Positions 63,472-64,000 of a stretch of DNA of 64,000 bases are shown here, piece by piece; the stretch's first letter is position 1; every line of letters begins with the position of its first letter. This stretch comes from Escherichia coli (GTDB lineage Bacteria; Pseudomonadota; Gammaproteobacteria; Enterobacterales; Enterobacteriaceae): assembly GCF_003334385.1 (NCBI RefSeq), contig NZ_QOWN01000018.1; one strand, written 5' to 3'. Both the position numbers and the translations under genes were made by a program. The notes beneath the pieces are model-generated. The model was not told the DNA's origin, did not search any database, and was given only the letters and a program-made list of their open reading frames with translations.

Positions 63472-64000
63472 ATGCTGTCGCGTCGGGGTCATCGGTTAAG
63501 TCGTTTTCGTAAAAATAAACGCCGCCTGCGCGAGCGTTTGCGTCAGCGTATTTTTTTCAGAGATAAAGTGGTGCCGGAAGCAATGGAAAAACCAAGAGTA
63601 CTCGTACTGACAGGGGCAGGAATTTCTGCGGAATCAGGTATTCGTACCTTTCGCGCCGCAGATGGCCTGTGGGAAGAACATCGGGTTGAAGATGTGGCAA
63701 CGCCGGAAGGTTTCGATCGCGATCCTGAACTGGTGCAAGCGTTTTATAACGCCCGTCGTCGACAGCTGCAGCAGCCAGAAATTCAGCCTAACGCCGCGCA
63801 TCTTGCGCTGGCTAAACTGCAAGACGCCCTCGGCGATCGCTTTTTGCTGGTGACGCAGAATATCGACAACCTGCATGAACGCGCAGGTAATACCAATGTG
63901 ATTCATATGCATGGGGAACTGCTGAAAGTGCGTTGTTCACAAAGTGGTCAGGTTCTCGACTGGACAGGAGACGTTACCCCAGAAGATAAATGCCATTGTT
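63472..64000 (+). CDS. cobB: NAD-dependent protein deacylase (sirtuin) CobB, N-terminal part; gene runs off the window end
   Basis: Hand-translated frame from ATG 63472 ([25 protein letters not shown]...[28 protein letters not shown]), open to the window end. Confidence 0.85.
   Translation, partial: MLSRRGHRLSRFRKNKRRLRERLRQRIFFRDKVVPEAMEKPRVLVLTGAGISAESGIRTFRAADGLWEEHRVEDVATPEGFDRDPELVQAFYNARRRQLQQPEIQPNAAHLALAKLQDALGDRFLLVTQNIDNLHERAGNTNVIHMHGELLKVRCSQSGQVLDWTGDVTPEDKCHC

Overview
This window reads as ordinary, syntenic Escherichia coli K-12-type core chromosome running from lpxL (truncated at the window start) to cobB (truncated at the window end). No previously undescribed system is supported by the sequence: there is no CRISPR array, IS element, integrase, prophage remnant or compositional island, and every recognisable gene has an intact frame of the expected length. 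Gene content in order: lpxL, trhO(yceA), yceI-yceJ, yceO, solA, bssS, dinI, pyrC, yceB, grxB, mdtH, rimJ-yceH-yceM-murJ, the flagellar region 1 cluster (flgN-flgM-flgA divergent from flgBCDEFGHIJ-flgKL), rne, rluC, yceF, yceD-rpmF-plsX-fabH-fabD-fabG-acpP-fabF, pabC-mltG-tmk-holB-ycfH, ptsG, fhuE, hinT-ycfL-lpoB-thiK-nagZ-ycfP, ndh, ycfJ, comR, bhsA, ldtC, mfd, ycfT, lolCDE-nagK-cobB. Gene names are assigned from recalled protein sequences, not from a database search. Gene starts were refined from the six-frame ORF track where the track extends upstream of the recognisable N-terminus. Regulatory calls (sigma28 promoters, LexA, PurR and Mlc boxes, REP elements, hairpin terminators) are read directly from the sequence. 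The findings are modest-interest curiosities and hypotheses for a well-studied region.
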